Shown: piece after piece, positions 19,295 to 29,775 of the stretch | Layout of the letters: every line of letters starts with the position of its first letter | Numbering within the stretch: the first letter of the stretch is position 1 | Assembly (NCBI GenBank): GCA_965267575.1 | Contig: OZ254086.1 | Span: forward strand, 768,001 to 832,000 | Source: Calditrichales bacterium | GTDB taxonomy: Bacteria > Calditrichota > Calditrichia > Calditrichales > J004 | DNA: 64,000 bases | Reading direction: 5' to 3' | The notes under the pieces: model-generated | Seen by the model: the letters and a program-made list of their open reading frames with translations, nothing else | Database searches by the model: none | Told to the model about the DNA's origin: nothing | Program-made: the position numbers and the translations under genes

Positions 19295-20023
19295 ATGACT
19301 TCAAAACCCCGGGACTCCCGAACCCCACGACCATTAGCGGGTGTTGACGGCTGCCCCGACGGCTGGATTGCAGTCTACGACGACGGCAGTACCATCAGCG
19401 GCACTGTAAGGCACTCATTTAACGCACTCATCGATTTCCTGCCCGATGACACCCTTATTGCCATTGACATCCCCATCGGCCTGCCTGAAAAAGGTCCTCG
19501 CGAATGTGACCGTGCAGCGCGTCGTTTTTTGGGCAGCCTGCGCAATGCCAGCGTTTTTTCCGCCCCTATCCGGCCAGTGCTGCACGCTAAAAACTATAAA
19601 GAGGCCCTGGCTCTCCACAGGCAAGCAGATGGTCGCGGCATGTCAAAACAGGCTTACCACATCATGCCTAAAATCCGTGAAGTTGATAACGCCCTGCGGA
19701 AAAATCCGTTGTTGAAAAAGCAGGTTTTTGAAGTACATCCGGAAATCGGCTTTGCTCTGTGGAACGAGGGACGGCCCATGCTTCACAACAAAAAAACCAA
19801 AGCCGGGAAGGCTGCACGGCAGTTTTTTATAGACCGCCTTTGGCCCACGGCCCGTAAAGAGATCACCGCGCAATTAAAAGGTTTCCGCTATGGCGAAGAT
19901 GATCTGCACGATGCCTTTGCCTGCCTGTGGAGCGCCCGGCGCATTGCCGCGGGAAACGCATTGTGCCTGCCTGAAAAAATACCCTGCGATAACCACGGTT
20001 TGCCCATGGCCATAAGAGCATAA
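19295..20023 (+). CDS. DUF429 domain protein (predicted RNase H-fold nuclease-like)
   Basis: Motifs AGVDGC..GW, IDIPIGLP, RECDRAAR, EVHPE and DDLHDA. Confidence 0.8.
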   Translation: MTSKPRDSRTPRPLAGVDGCPDGWIAVYDDGSTISGTVRHSFNALIDFLPDDTLIAIDIPIGLPEKGPRECDRAARRFLGSLRNASVFSAPIRPVLHAKNYKEALALHRQADGRGMSKQAYHIMPKIREVDNALRKNPLLKKQVFEVHPEIGFALWNEGRPMLHNKKTKAGKAARQFFIDRLWPTARKEITAQLKGFRYGEDDLHDAFACLWSARRIAAGNALCLPEKIPCDNHGLPMAIRA

Positions 20024-20106
20024 GCTGTTTTCGATTACACGATAAATTCTGTATTATCTACAGTGGTTTTTAATATTCACCAAAACCGGGCCCGGCATTC
20101 TTTTTC

Positions 20107-21165
20107 ATGATAACAACTATTTTGGGACTGCTGACTTTATTTCTTCTTTTAGTTACGCTGTTGCCGCTATCCCGAGCGACATGGTGGTGGGTGCGCATCT
20201 GGGATTTTCCGAGGCTGCAGCTATCCCTGTTGCTTTTTGCCGTACTTATCGCGGGCTTATTATTACTTGATCTCTCCGAGACCGTAAGTCTGCTCATTCT
20301 CATCACGTCGGCGATTTGTTTTATCTATCAGCTCTGGTGGATCGTGCCTTACACACAACTCTTTCCGGCGGAAGTAAAAAAAGATGCCGGTGTCAATGCT
20401 GGTCCGTCCATAAGCATAATGGCGGCCAACGTGCTCAGGGAAAACCGCAATGTGTCCGCCCTGATTGATATTACATTAAGAAATGAGCCCGATATTCTGG
20501 TTACAATGGAATCAGACCAAAGGTGGGAAGAGCAACTGCAAATGCTGGAAAAAGAGTACCCCTACACAGTAAAGTGCCCGTTGGACAACCGCTATGGCAT
20601 GCACGTTTATTCGAGGCTCAAGCTGAATAACAGCACAATTAACTTTCTGGTGGAGCCCGATATACCTTCCGTACATACCGAAGTGACGCTTCAATTGGGC
20701 GAGGTGATTCGCATGCATTTTCTGCACCCTACGCCACCGAGCCCCACTGAGAAGGAAGAATCCGATGAACGCGACGCGGAATTGCTGTTGGTGGGTAAAA
20801 GTATCGCCAATACGGATGAACCCGTTATTGTAACCGGTGACCTGAATGATGTAGCATGGTCCGAAACGACGCGTCTATTCCGTAAAATTAGCGGCCTGCT
20901 CGATCCGCGCGTGGGTCGCGGCATGTACAACACTTTTCACGCCGGTTACTGGTTTTTACGCTGGCCGCTGGATCACCTTTTTCACAGCAGCCACTTCAAA
21001 CTTCGGCGCATTGAGCGTCTGCCGGCCTTTGGCTCAGACCATTTCCCGATCCTTGTGGAGCTTCTGTACTGTGGCAAAGCTTTACGCGATCAAAACGGTC
21101 TGGAAGCTGAAAAAGAAGACAAACAGCTGGCTGATAAAAAGATAAAGGGATACAAAACCAAATAG
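20107..21165 (+). CDS. Membrane-anchored endonuclease/exonuclease/phosphatase family protein
   Basis: N-terminal TM helices; ANVL, E, GDLND, PLDHLF and GSDHFP catalytic motifs. Confidence 0.9.
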   Translation: MITTILGLLTLFLLLVTLLPLSRATWWWVRIWDFPRLQLSLLLFAVLIAGLLLLDLSETVSLLILITSAICFIYQLWWIVPYTQLFPAEVKKDAGVNAGPSISIMAANVLRENRNVSALIDITLRNEPDILVTMESDQRWEEQLQMLEKEYPYTVKCPLDNRYGMHVYSRLKLNNSTINFLVEPDIPSVHTEVTLQLGEVIRMHFLHPTPPSPTEKEESDERDAELLLVGKSIANTDEPVIVTGDLNDVAWSETTRLFRKISGLLDPRVGRGMYNTFHAGYWFLRWPLDHLFHSSHFKLRRIERLPAFGSDHFPILVELLYCGKALRDQNGLEAEKEDKQLADKKIKGYKTK

Positions 21166-21172
21166 AGCTAAC

Positions 21173-21275
21173 AAAAAAGGGCGCCATAAAGACGCCCTTT
21201 CCTTCTTGCCTGCCTGCTTCCCTGCACCAAGCTTTTCATCCGTGATAAATCGCTGCTTCCCTGCCGCGTTTATTT
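21173..21275 (-). ncRNA. Candidate CsrA/RsmA-sequestering small RNA (RsmY/RsmZ-like)
   Basis: The minus strand reads CGCGGC-AGGGAA-GCAGCG, TCA-CGGA-TGA, TGC-AGGGAA-GCA, AAGGAA, then terminator GGGCGTC-TTTAT-GGCGCCC-TTTTTT. Both flanking genes are on the + strand. The 5' end is approximate. Confidence 0.6.
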
Positions 21276-21402
21276 TTCATACACCTTGATTTTCGATTGT
21301 GGCAGTGGCAACTTGACGCAATTATTGATTAGCTCGGAAATCTGACCAACGTTTTCTCGAATATGAAACCAACTGCCTGTTCAACACGCCTACGGAGCCG
21401 TC

Positions 21403-22650
21403 ATGAAACGTACCATTCTTCTGTCCGCCCTATTGATCTTAATTTCAACATGTACGCCGCCTAAGCAGTTGGAGTCGCAAAACATGATCGAGCAACTGCT
21501 GCAATCGCACCCGCAATGGTTCAACAAGGTTCTGGAAAACAAGGAGCTTTACGAGCCTCAAATTATTTACACGCAAATCGATCGTGACGAAAACAACCGG
21601 CCGCATTTTACGACATACACTTATAATGTAGACGCACAACGCTATTTCTATCCGGCCAGTACTGTGAAGTTTCCGGCCGCCCTGCTGGCGCTGGAGAAAT
21701 TGAACGGACTGAAAATCGATGGTCTTAATCGTGAAACCCCGCTGATTATAGACAGCAGCGCCAGCCAAAGCGGCGTTAATACTGACGAAAGTGCGCCGGA
21801 CAGCCTGCCGACCATAGGGCACTATATCCGCAAGATTTTTCTCGTAAGCGATAATGACGCTTTCAACCGTCTTTATGAGTTCCTTGGGCAAAAAACAATC
21901 AACAAAAATTTGTGGGAAAAAGGTTATAAAAAGTTGCGCATTAACCATCGTCTTTCCATCGCGATGAGCGCCGAAGAAAATCGCCACACCAACGCCTTCA
22001 CTTTTTTTGACGGCGATATGGCAATTTACCGGCAGGAAGCGCAATACAACAAAGAGACCTTTCCGCTGGACCTGCCCAACCTGCAGCGCGGCAAGGGGTA
22101 CTGGAACGGCGAGCGCGTGGTTGAGGAACCATTCGACTTTTCCGGTAAGAATTACTTTGCGCTGCAAGAGCAGCAAGCTATGCTGCGCGCCATTATTTTC
22201 CCCGATGCCGTGCCGGAGGGACAACGCTTTAATTTAACACCAGAAGACTACCGCTTTCTTTATAAAACCATGAGCATGCTGCCGCGTGAGTCGCAGTATC
22301 CGTCTTATGACCCTGAAAAATACTGGGACAGCTATGTGAAGTTTGTTATGTTTGGGGACAATAAGGAGCGGATGTCACATCAAATCCGCGTCTTCAACAA
22401 GGTGGGGGACGCCTACGGTTTTCTGACCGATAACGCATATGTGGCCGATTTTGAGAACAATGTGGAGTTTTTTCTCAGCGTAACCATCCACGTAAACGAA
22501 AACGGGATTTACAACGACAATAATTACGCTTACGACGAGGTGGGTTTTCCCTTTATTGCCAACCTTGGCCGGGTGATCCACGATTATGAGTTAGAACGCC
22601 AACGGCCTTATAAAGCGGATTTGTCGCGATTGAAACAAGCTATCGAGTAA
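21403..22650 (+). CDS. Serine hydrolase, class A beta-lactamase-like fold, lipoprotein
   Basis: Lipobox ISTC; SxxK motif (ASTVK), SDN motif, and NKVG as the KTG-equivalent motif. Confidence 0.85.
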   Translation: MKRTILLSALLILISTCTPPKQLESQNMIEQLLQSHPQWFNKVLENKELYEPQIIYTQIDRDENNRPHFTTYTYNVDAQRYFYPASTVKFPAALLALEKLNGLKIDGLNRETPLIIDSSASQSGVNTDESAPDSLPTIGHYIRKIFLVSDNDAFNRLYEFLGQKTINKNLWEKGYKKLRINHRLSIAMSAEENRHTNAFTFFDGDMAIYRQEAQYNKETFPLDLPNLQRGKGYWNGERVVEEPFDFSGKNYFALQEQQAMLRAIIFPDAVPEGQRFNLTPEDYRFLYKTMSMLPRESQYPSYDPEKYWDSYVKFVMFGDNKERMSHQIRVFNKVGDAYGFLTDNAYVADFENNVEFFLSVTIHVNENGIYNDNNYAYDEVGFPFIANLGRVIHDYELERQRPYKADLSRLKQAIE

Positions 22651-22656
22651 ACACGG

Positions 22657-23151
22657 TTATTTATATTTTTTGGGCCATTCATAGCAGGCAAAACTGCCCA
22701 GGTCTCTGTCTACAATGCGCCAGTCTTCAACCGGGAAGGTGACGCCGAATAACGCGCAGGTGGGCATATTGGCAAGGCCGTAATCGCAAAAATAATTTAC
22801 GGCTTCGGTAAACGTGGGGTTATGCCCAACCAGCATAACCGTGTCATAGCGGCCGTTGAGATCCTGCAGAATAGCCAGTATGTTATTCATACCCTGATCG
22901 TAGATGCGCATATCGGTTTGAATGCTGCTTTCGGCAAGGCCCATTTCTTTAGCGACTGTTTTGGCGGTTGTAAGCGCCCTTTTCGCCGGACTGCTGATAA
23001 TGATGTCCGGCTTTATATTTTTTTGATGGAAGATTTGGCCCATCATTGGCGCGTCGGTTTTTCCCCGCTTGTTGAGCGAACGGTCAAAGTCACTGATTCC
23101 GTGTTCATCCCAACTGGATTTGGCATGGCGCAGCAGGTAAAGCGTTTTCAT
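22657..23151 (-). CDS. sixA: SixA-like histidine phosphatase
   Basis: Motifs LLRHAKSSW, DFDRSL..RG, SSPAKRA.TTA and VGHNP. Confidence 0.88.
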   Translation of the reverse strand: MKTLYLLRHAKSSWDEHGISDFDRSLNKRGKTDAPMMGQIFHQKNIKPDIIISSPAKRALTTAKTVAKEMGLAESSIQTDMRIYDQGMNNILAILQDLNGRYDTVMLVGHNPTFTEAVNYFCDYGLANMPTCALFGVTFPVEDWRIVDRDLGSFACYEWPKKYK

Positions 23152-23241
23152 ATTCAGGCATCCTTATAAAATGTTACGGCTGATGAAATTTACATCAGCG
23201 GTTGAACGTTCTCTGCTAAAAATAAAAACAAACATGAAAAG

Positions 23242-23769
23242 ATGCATATAACGATTATAAGCAGCAGCCTGAATAAAAAAAGCCGTGGCCGTGTAATGGC
23301 AGATTTTGCCGGAAACGAGCTTAGTAAAAAAGGCATAGATTTTACGCTGATCGATCTTCGGGAGTACGACATCCCGTTTTGTGACGGAGCCGACTCTTAC
23401 AATCATCCTCACGTAAAAGAAGTCAAGAAAATTCTGAAGGACAGCCAGGCGGTCATTATCGCTACACCGATCTACAACTACGCCGCCAATGCAGCCATTA
23501 AAAACCTGATCGAGCTTACGGGAAGCGCCTGGAAAGACAAGCCCGTCGGTTTTCTGTGCAAAGCCGGTGGCCAGCGCAGTTATATGTCGGTAATGGGCCT
23601 GGCCAACAGCCTGATGTTCGATTTTCGCTGTATCATTGTGCCGCGCTTTGTCTATGCCTTAAGCAGTGACTTTCACAAAAACGAAACTATTACGGACAAT
23701 GAAATTGCGCGGCGTATCAGCGAGCTGGTCAACAAAACGGTCAGGCTGGCGGAGGCACTCGCCGGGTAA
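23242..23769 (+). CDS. NADPH-dependent FMN reductase
   Basis: Motifs SSSLNKKS, ATPIYNY, KNLIE and KPVG (flavodoxin-like fold). Confidence 0.88.
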   Translation: MHITIISSSLNKKSRGRVMADFAGNELSKKGIDFTLIDLREYDIPFCDGADSYNHPHVKEVKKILKDSQAVIIATPIYNYAANAAIKNLIELTGSAWKDKPVGFLCKAGGQRSYMSVMGLANSLMFDFRCIIVPRFVYALSSDFHKNETITDNEIARRISELVNKTVRLAEALAG

Positions 23770-23771
23770 AT

Positions 23772-24047
23772 TTAGAGGTTTTCCACGTCACCGGCTATCT
23801 TAAAGTCGGCGTCGGTAAGTCCGCCCGCGTCATGCGAACTAAAACTAAGTTTCACCTGGTTATAAACATTAAACAATTCCGGATGGTGGTTATGCTTTTC
23901 CGCCAAAAGCGCCACGCGTCCGATAAATCCAAAGGCCTCGTTGAAGTCGGCAAATTTCCATTCTTTGGTAATCGCGTCACCGTCTCGGCTCCAGCCGTTC
24001 AGTTTTTCCAGTTTTTGCTTGATCGCATCATCGGAAAGTTTTGTCAT
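23772..24047 (-). CDS. phhB: Pterin-4-alpha-carbinolamine dehydratase
   Basis: Motifs [19 protein letters not shown] and SHDAGGLT..D. Confidence 0.92.
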   Translation of the reverse strand: MTKLSDDAIKQKLEKLNGWSRDGDAITKEWKFADFNEAFGFIGRVALLAEKHNHHPELFNVYNQVKLSFSSHDAGGLTDADFKIAGDVENL

Positions 24048-24090
24048 GGTTCTCCTCCTTTGTTTGAGTCACAAAAAGTAAGGTAGGCAA

Positions 24091-24456
24091 ATGAAAAAGT
24101 ATGTCAAGCAGGCAACACCTTTTGTGGTCCCGACCGATGATAATAAAGTCATCCGAGAGCATTTTGGCATGGCTTCGACGGGCGACGCATCAATAAGCGT
24201 GGCCCACATGATCGCTCCGCCCGGATGGAGTGAACCGCACCAGCAGCCGGAGTTTGATGAAATCACATTTATGATCCGTGGCCGCAAAAGAATTGAAATA
24301 GACGGTGAGATTGTGGAAGTAAGCAGTGGAGAATCAATCTTGATAAAAAAGGGAGCACGCATCCGCTACAGCAATCCATTTGAAGAGGAGGCCGAGTATA
24401 TTGCCATTTGCCAACCGGCATTTGACCCGAAAAAAGTCCACCGGGAAAACAGCTAA
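24091..24456 (+). CDS. Cupin domain protein
   Basis: PGWSEPHQ.PEFDE...G cupin motif 1; GESILI..G.RIRYSNP motif 2. Confidence 0.85.
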   Translation: MKKYVKQATPFVVPTDDNKVIREHFGMASTGDASISVAHMIAPPGWSEPHQQPEFDEITFMIRGRKRIEIDGEIVEVSSGESILIKKGARIRYSNPFEEEAEYIAICQPAFDPKKVHRENS

Positions 24457-24860
24457 TCCTGTTGTAGTTTTTGGGGCAGTTTGAGCCCCATTTTCTTTAT
24501 CGCGCCGAAAAACTGAATGCGGTTGATCGGTTTGAGCATATAGGCGTCACAATTTAACTTCTTCGCTTCAACAACATACTGGGCGTCACTAACGCCTGTC
24601 AGCATCATAATAGGCGTGTGCCGGTATTCATGCTTTTGCTCCAGCATACGGATATGCTTAAGCGCACTTATACCGTCGATATTGGGCATGAGAATATCAA
24701 GGATTATCAGATCAAAAGGCTGGCTTTTTTGCATGGCCTTCGTAAAGGCTTCAATAGCGGTGCGTCCCGAATCGGCATAAACGAAGTCTGCTGTGTCCTT
24801 AAAAAAATTCTTTAATATCTTCTCCGTCATTCGGACATCATCCGCAACCAATATGCGCAT
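24453..24860 (-). CDS. Single-domain response regulator (CheY-like)
   Basis: Motifs ILVADD, LDILMPNIDG, MLTG and YMLKP. Confidence 0.92.
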   Translation of the reverse strand: MRILVADDVRMTEKILKNFFKDTADFVYADSGRTAIEAFTKAMQKSQPFDLIILDILMPNIDGISALKHIRMLEQKHEYRHTPIMMLTGVSDAQYVVEAKKLNCDAYMLKPINRIQFFGAIKKMGLKLPQKLQQD

Positions 24861-24956
24861 TTTTTTCGCGCCCTCTAATTTTTCATTCTAGCGGGGAAGT
24901 GCTGTCCTGAAATGTAACTGTATTTTATCGACACTTCTAACTTTTTTATAAGTTTT

Positions 24957-27782
24957 TTATTTTTCCTGAATCAAAGCGGTTTTAAATATTTTTTGACCGA
25001 CATTATTTAGTGTTACGTGAACCACATAAATACCGCTTGCTACCTTTCTATTTGCCTCATTACGCAAATCCCAATCTAAATAGGGTTGGGCTGAATCATG
25101 GGTCATACTGCGCACTAAACGTCCGGCCACATCGAATATGCGGATGACGGCACCCTGCGGAAGGTGAATAAAACGCACAGCACCATTATACCCCTGCCCC
25201 GGAAAGTATGGATTCGGAACCGCTTTGACCGATGCAAGCTGACTGCGCAGATCCGGTAAAAGGTCGGTCTCATAAAAACGGGATGTGGAAAAATTAAACA
25301 CATCCAGATCACTCAACGGGTAATTTGGCGTTACGGTCATTTCAAACGCACCCTCTTTATAAGCAAAAGTAGAATCACCGCGTGCCCGCAGTTGCAAAAA
25401 CAGGGTCAGGTAGGCGTCACTGATTCCGCCCGATGTATCGGGATAGGCGTCTTCTTTTTTATAATCGCTGTAAGTAACTATAATGGCTGTCTGATTATTT
25501 TTTATAAGCGCCGGTTCATCGCGTACGGAGTTAAAAAGTATATTGAGACGCCGTGGGGCATCAGGTTTACTGATATCATAAGCGCGTATAAAGGAATTAA
25601 CCTCCCCGTAAAATCTCCTAAAGTCAAGTGAACCTGAGCGGAACCAATAGGCAACGGAGGTGTCCGCCGTATCAAAGTAGATCTTTACCGGCACATGTTT
25701 TTCCTTTGCCAGAACTGACAGGTCCTGAAAAACATGTTTGGCTAACAAAGCCCCGTTATTGGGATAGATAAGTTCGTTTGGCTCCAGCCATACGGTACCA
25801 CTTTTATCTATTTGCGCTATGCTGTCCGGTACATCCACGATGCGGAACTGCATACCGTCAATAATGGGAAATGTGTTCAGGGTATCCTCTCTGAAACTGC
25901 GAACTGTAAGGCTGTCTCTTAAGATCATTCCGTCCTTTTCGATCCGCCAGTAACGGGCATTATCAAAAAACGAAACAGTATAGTTCTCCAGCGGAATGTC
26001 AGCCGGTCTGAGCGGCAAAATATTTAAGCTTCCCTGACCTGCGCCACGGGTATGCCGCGCGCGGAAACCGGTATACTCGTTCTTCACATCGCTGCCCGGT
26101 ACAACCGTTATCGAGGTTGCTTCGCTGTATTGAAAATCAAAAGGTCGCGGCAAAAACCAGTCGTCATGTATGGTGCGGGTCAGGTCGTACTCCTGAAGAG
26201 TGGCGTGATTGATGCTGAAGCTTTTAACAGCGAAGTGATATTTGCTGAAATTGTTAAGCGGTTCACCACTAAAAGCATCATGGTTGATTTGATGGCGAAC
26301 AACCGGCGCATTACCTATATGGCGTGAAAGATTGTTTTTGCCGGACCAGTAAAGCTGCTGCTCACCGTTGTCACCGGGTCCGAAAATAATACGGTAAAGG
26401 TTGTTTAGATCGTAGCGCGCGATAAGGCGGCTTTGTTCGGGGTTTCCGGCTTCGGCATCGGCATGGGCCAGTTGGTAGAGCGCGAAGCCTTCAAACAGGT
26501 AGTGGTTGCCCAACACATCTTCTTCTTCATAGTCATAACAGTTCGAAAGGTCGATCATAAGGTCAACGCTTTTGTCGCCGGGAATCGCTTCCAGTTTGGC
26601 AGCGGGCGGCGGGTCTACCCGTTTAAATCCTCCACGGATAGCTTGTAAAGCTTTGGCGGCATTTTCTTTCATTACGCTGACGCTGTTTAGGGGACTATTG
26701 CCTTGTCCATAAACAATAGCTCCATAAAACTCAAAGCTTTCTCCTGAATCAATGGTTTTTGCATTAATCGTTGTAATAAATACTTTGTTATGATAAATAG
26801 TGTCCAGCCATCCTGTGCCGGAAATCGGGTCACCACTAAAAATATAAACAGGATTTGTCTGTTCATCACCACCAGACCCTGTAATAAGCGGGTCAATTCG
26901 GTATCCCAGGTCAGTTGTTCCATGTTGTAAGTTACGCATAAGGTACTCATACGCCGGATCACATAACGGGTTGAGGTGGCAGGTTAGAAAGTACATATTA
27001 ACAGAAAAGAGCTTTCCGAGAAGAGGATCAGTTACAATGCAGCCAATGGAAGGAGGCTTATCTTTCAAATAATCATCGGGCCCGTCATTATACGAAAAAC
27101 CGAGATGCAACAGGGTATCGCTTCCAATCAAATCATCAACATAATCACCTATGTCCGGATCTACGACCATCGAAATCAAAGTGGAGTCTATTGGAGAATC
27201 TGATTTGTTAGTTACTTTATATTTATAAAACAAGATATTTGTGAGTGGTCCATATAAATACATCCAACATGTTTGTTGAACTTCCAACGGAACCGGAACG
27301 TAATTTCCCGGATCTTCCGCATTGTAATATATCATCCATTTCTGTATATCTCCGAATACTTCAGGCTTGTCAATATCAGGATCGTAAACCTCGTTGTTAT
27401 CAACATCCTGGTAAGGAGCGCCCAACTCAACGGCATCTGACCAGTCTTTATAAGGTTCACTGCCTTGCCGATCAATGCTGCTTAAGCTATATATTCTAAT
27501 GCGCGGATCACCCGGATCAAGATTATACTTTCCCGGAACGGTCCCCTCGAATCTCTTTGAAGGAAAAAGGAGCAAAGCTTTTGTTTTATTATCATTAATT
27601 CCTGTTATCATCAAGCCTCCATTATAGACAAGATTATTATCCAATGTGTGGAAAAAACCGTCAGCATAGAGGCGGAATTTAAGACTATCGTTTGATATAA
27701 TAGTCGACATAACATTTCTTTGGGCCCAAACAACAGTTACAAACAAAAGACATAGTAACAATGACTTGATAAAGGTCTTCAT
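24957..27782 (-). CDS. Secreted T9SS-like CTD protein, tandem paralog 3 (with a ~280 aa extra insert)
   Basis: Start at MKTFIKS (GAGG RBS); signal peptide; DPDIGDYVDDLIGSDT motif; C-terminal AVPNPYF...RIFDVAG...VASGIY. Confidence 0.8.
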   Translation of the reverse strand: MKTFIKSLLLCLLFVTVVWAQRNVMSTIISNDSLKFRLYADGFFHTLDNNLVYNGGLMITGINDNKTKALLLFPSKRFEGTVPGKYNLDPGDPRIRIYSLSSIDRQGSEPYKDWSDAVELGAPYQDVDNNEVYDPDIDKPEVFGDIQKWMIYYNAEDPGNYVPVPLEVQQTCWMYLYGPLTNILFYKYKVTNKSDSPIDSTLISMVVDPDIGDYVDDLIGSDTLLHLGFSYNDGPDDYLKDKPPSIGCIVTDPLLGKLFSVNMYFLTCHLNPLCDPAYEYLMRNLQHGTTDLGYRIDPLITGSGGDEQTNPVYIFSGDPISGTGWLDTIYHNKVFITTINAKTIDSGESFEFYGAIVYGQGNSPLNSVSVMKENAAKALQAIRGGFKRVDPPPAAKLEAIPGDKSVDLMIDLSNCYDYEEEDVLGNHYLFEGFALYQLAHADAEAGNPEQSRLIARYDLNNLYRIIFGPGDNGEQQLYWSGKNNLSRHIGNAPVVRHQINHDAFSGEPLNNFSKYHFAVKSFSINHATLQEYDLTRTIHDDWFLPRPFDFQYSEATSITVVPGSDVKNEYTGFRARHTRGAGQGSLNILPLRPADIPLENYTVSFFDNARYWRIEKDGMILRDSLTVRSFREDTLNTFPIIDGMQFRIVDVPDSIAQIDKSGTVWLEPNELIYPNNGALLAKHVFQDLSVLAKEKHVPVKIYFDTADTSVAYWFRSGSLDFRRFYGEVNSFIRAYDISKPDAPRRLNILFNSVRDEPALIKNNQTAIIVTYSDYKKEDAYPDTSGGISDAYLTLFLQLRARGDSTFAYKEGAFEMTVTPNYPLSDLDVFNFSTSRFYETDLLPDLRSQLASVKAVPNPYFPGQGYNGAVRFIHLPQGAVIRIFDVAGRLVRSMTHDSAQPYLDWDLRNEANRKVASGIYVVHVTLNNVGQKIFKTALIQEK

Positions 27783-28651
27783 AACAGCCTCATTTCTTTT
27801 CGCCAACGACGGCCAGCTTTAGAATCCGGCTGCCGCTCGCGGATTTTGAAACGTGGATAAGATATATGCCGCCGGCTACCCTTCTGCCGGCATCATTACG
27901 CAAATCCCAGTCCCAAAAAGGTTGCTCCAGGGTGTGAGTCATGCTCCGTACCGGGCGACCGGCCACATCAAATATGCGGATGACGGCACCCTGCGGAAGA
28001 TGAATAAAACGCACAGCACCATTATACCCCTGCCCGGGGAAGTATGGATTCGGTACGGCTTCTACACGATCCAGTACCGCTTCGGTGTCATCACCTGCAA
28101 GCACTGCAACTTGAACCGCCACTGGGCTAAATTGAATATCAAAGGAGCGAGGAGCGTACCAGTCATTTTCAATTTCATCCGTTTGGTCAAAGGGCTGCAA
28201 CGCAGCATAGTTGAGACTAAACGTGCGAACGGTAAAATGATAGCGGCTGAAGTTGTTTATGGGTTTACCGCTGAACGCATCCATGTTAACGGTATGGGTT
28301 ACAATGTTGCTGTCTGCGCTAAGTCCACCGATGTTGTTTTGGCCGTCCCAAACCTGTTCCGATATACCTACATCATTCAGGCGATATATGTCTTTGTAGG
28401 TATTATCAAGATCGTAGCGCGCGATAAGGCGGCTTTGTTCGGGGTCCCCAACTTCAGCATCGGCATGGGCCAGTTGGTAGAGCGCGAAGCCTTCAAACAG
28501 GTAGTGGTTTCCCAACACATCTTCTTCTTCATAGTCATAACAGTCCGAAAGGTCGATCATAAGGTCAACGCTTTTGTCGCCGGGAATAGCCTCCAGCCCG
28601 GCAGCGGGCGGCGGGTCTGCCCGTTTAAAGCCGCCACGGATGGCCTGCAAG
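27771..28651. repeat. ~880 bp direct repeat, copy 1 (copy 2 at 29764-30644)
   Basis: Offset 1993 nt. By eye I found only 5 substitutions, all within 28123-28200. The repeat includes the stop codon, the RBS and the first 4 codons of the next gene. Confidence 0.95.
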
Positions 28652-29775
28652 GCCTTGGCGGCATTTTCTCTCATTAAGCTGACGCTGTTAAGAGGACTAT
28701 TTCCCTTGCCAAGGACCAATGCCGCGTAAAATTCAAAGCTTTCCTCAGGTAGCAAAGCTTTGGCAAAAACAGAGGCTAACATTCTTTTGTCATTCGCGAT
28801 ATCATCCAACCAGCCACTGCCTGATAAGGGATCTCCGCTAAATAAATATAATGGATTTGTGTGTTCATCTGCCCCGACACCAAAACTTGTAGGGTCAAAG
28901 GTCTCACCAAATCGGGTCCGCCCCGACTGAAGGTTTCTGATAAGATCATCATAATAATTGTAGTGAAGAGCAAAATAGAAAAATGTTGCAGAAAAAAGTC
29001 TTTGCAGGTCTGCAGACATTACAATACAGCCCAATGCAGGGGGAGCACCACCATATTGAGAATCGTCACCAGAATTATAAACATACTGCATATTCAGCAG
29101 GGTGTCGCTGCCCAGCAGATCATCCCCATAATCACCAATGTCCGGATCCATTGCGAGCGAGAATAAAGCTGAATCAATAGGCGCGTCGCTTTTATTGGTA
29201 ACGATATATTTAAAAAACAAGACATCCCTCAGTTTTCCAAAACGATACATCCAATTAAATTGCTGCACTTCGAGCGCCAATGGATTGTTTACCCTCTGTT
29301 CACTTTCATCGGTGCTATAAACCATCCACGTTTGTAAGTCGCCAAACAAGAGCGGTAGATCAATATCAGGATCGTAAATGCCGTCATCATTGAAATCGTG
29401 ATAAGGAGCCCCTAATAAAACGGCGTCTCTCCATGCTTCATAGCTTGCGGTTCCACTCCCTTCAGTACTATATGCTACATATATTCCGGCTGGGGGATCA
29501 TCTTGCGAAGTTTCATATTTCCCTGGTTTGACGCCATTTAATCGGAGGCCGGGATTATATTCAAAAAAGGCCTTGACCTCGTTACCCTGCAGGCCAGTAA
29601 TCATTATACCACCGTAAAACAGCGGATTATTCTCAACCGATTCATATGACCCATTGGAATGCAATATATATGCAATACTATCGTTAGAGATGGTCCACTT
29701 TTCATTAACGAACTGTGAGCAAACAATAGTTACAAAAAAGAGACTTAGTATCAGTGATCTCTCAAAGGTCTTCAT
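27790..29775 (-). CDS. Secreted T9SS-like CTD protein, tandem paralog 2
   Basis: Start at MKTFERS; signal peptide; DPDIGDYGDDLLGSDT motif; C-terminal ~285 aa almost identical to paralog 1. Confidence 0.8.
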   Translation of the reverse strand: MKTFERSLILSLFFVTIVCSQFVNEKWTISNDSIAYILHSNGSYESVENNPLFYGGIMITGLQGNEVKAFFEYNPGLRLNGVKPGKYETSQDDPPAGIYVAYSTEGSGTASYEAWRDAVLLGAPYHDFNDDGIYDPDIDLPLLFGDLQTWMVYSTDESEQRVNNPLALEVQQFNWMYRFGKLRDVLFFKYIVTNKSDAPIDSALFSLAMDPDIGDYGDDLLGSDTLLNMQYVYNSGDDSQYGGAPPALGCIVMSADLQRLFSATFFYFALHYNYYDDLIRNLQSGRTRFGETFDPTSFGVGADEHTNPLYLFSGDPLSGSGWLDDIANDKRMLASVFAKALLPEESFEFYAALVLGKGNSPLNSVSLMRENAAKALQAIRGGFKRADPPPAAGLEAIPGDKSVDLMIDLSDCYDYEEEDVLGNHYLFEGFALYQLAHADAEVGDPEQSRLIARYDLDNTYKDIYRLNDVGISEQVWDGQNNIGGLSADSNIVTHTVNMDAFSGKPINNFSRYHFTVRTFSLNYAALQPFDQTDEIENDWYAPRSFDIQFSPVAVQVAVLAGDDTEAVLDRVEAVPNPYFPGQGYNGAVRFIHLPQGAVIRIFDVAGRPVRSMTHTLEQPFWDWDLRNDAGRRVAGGIYLIHVSKSASGSRILKLAVVGEKK

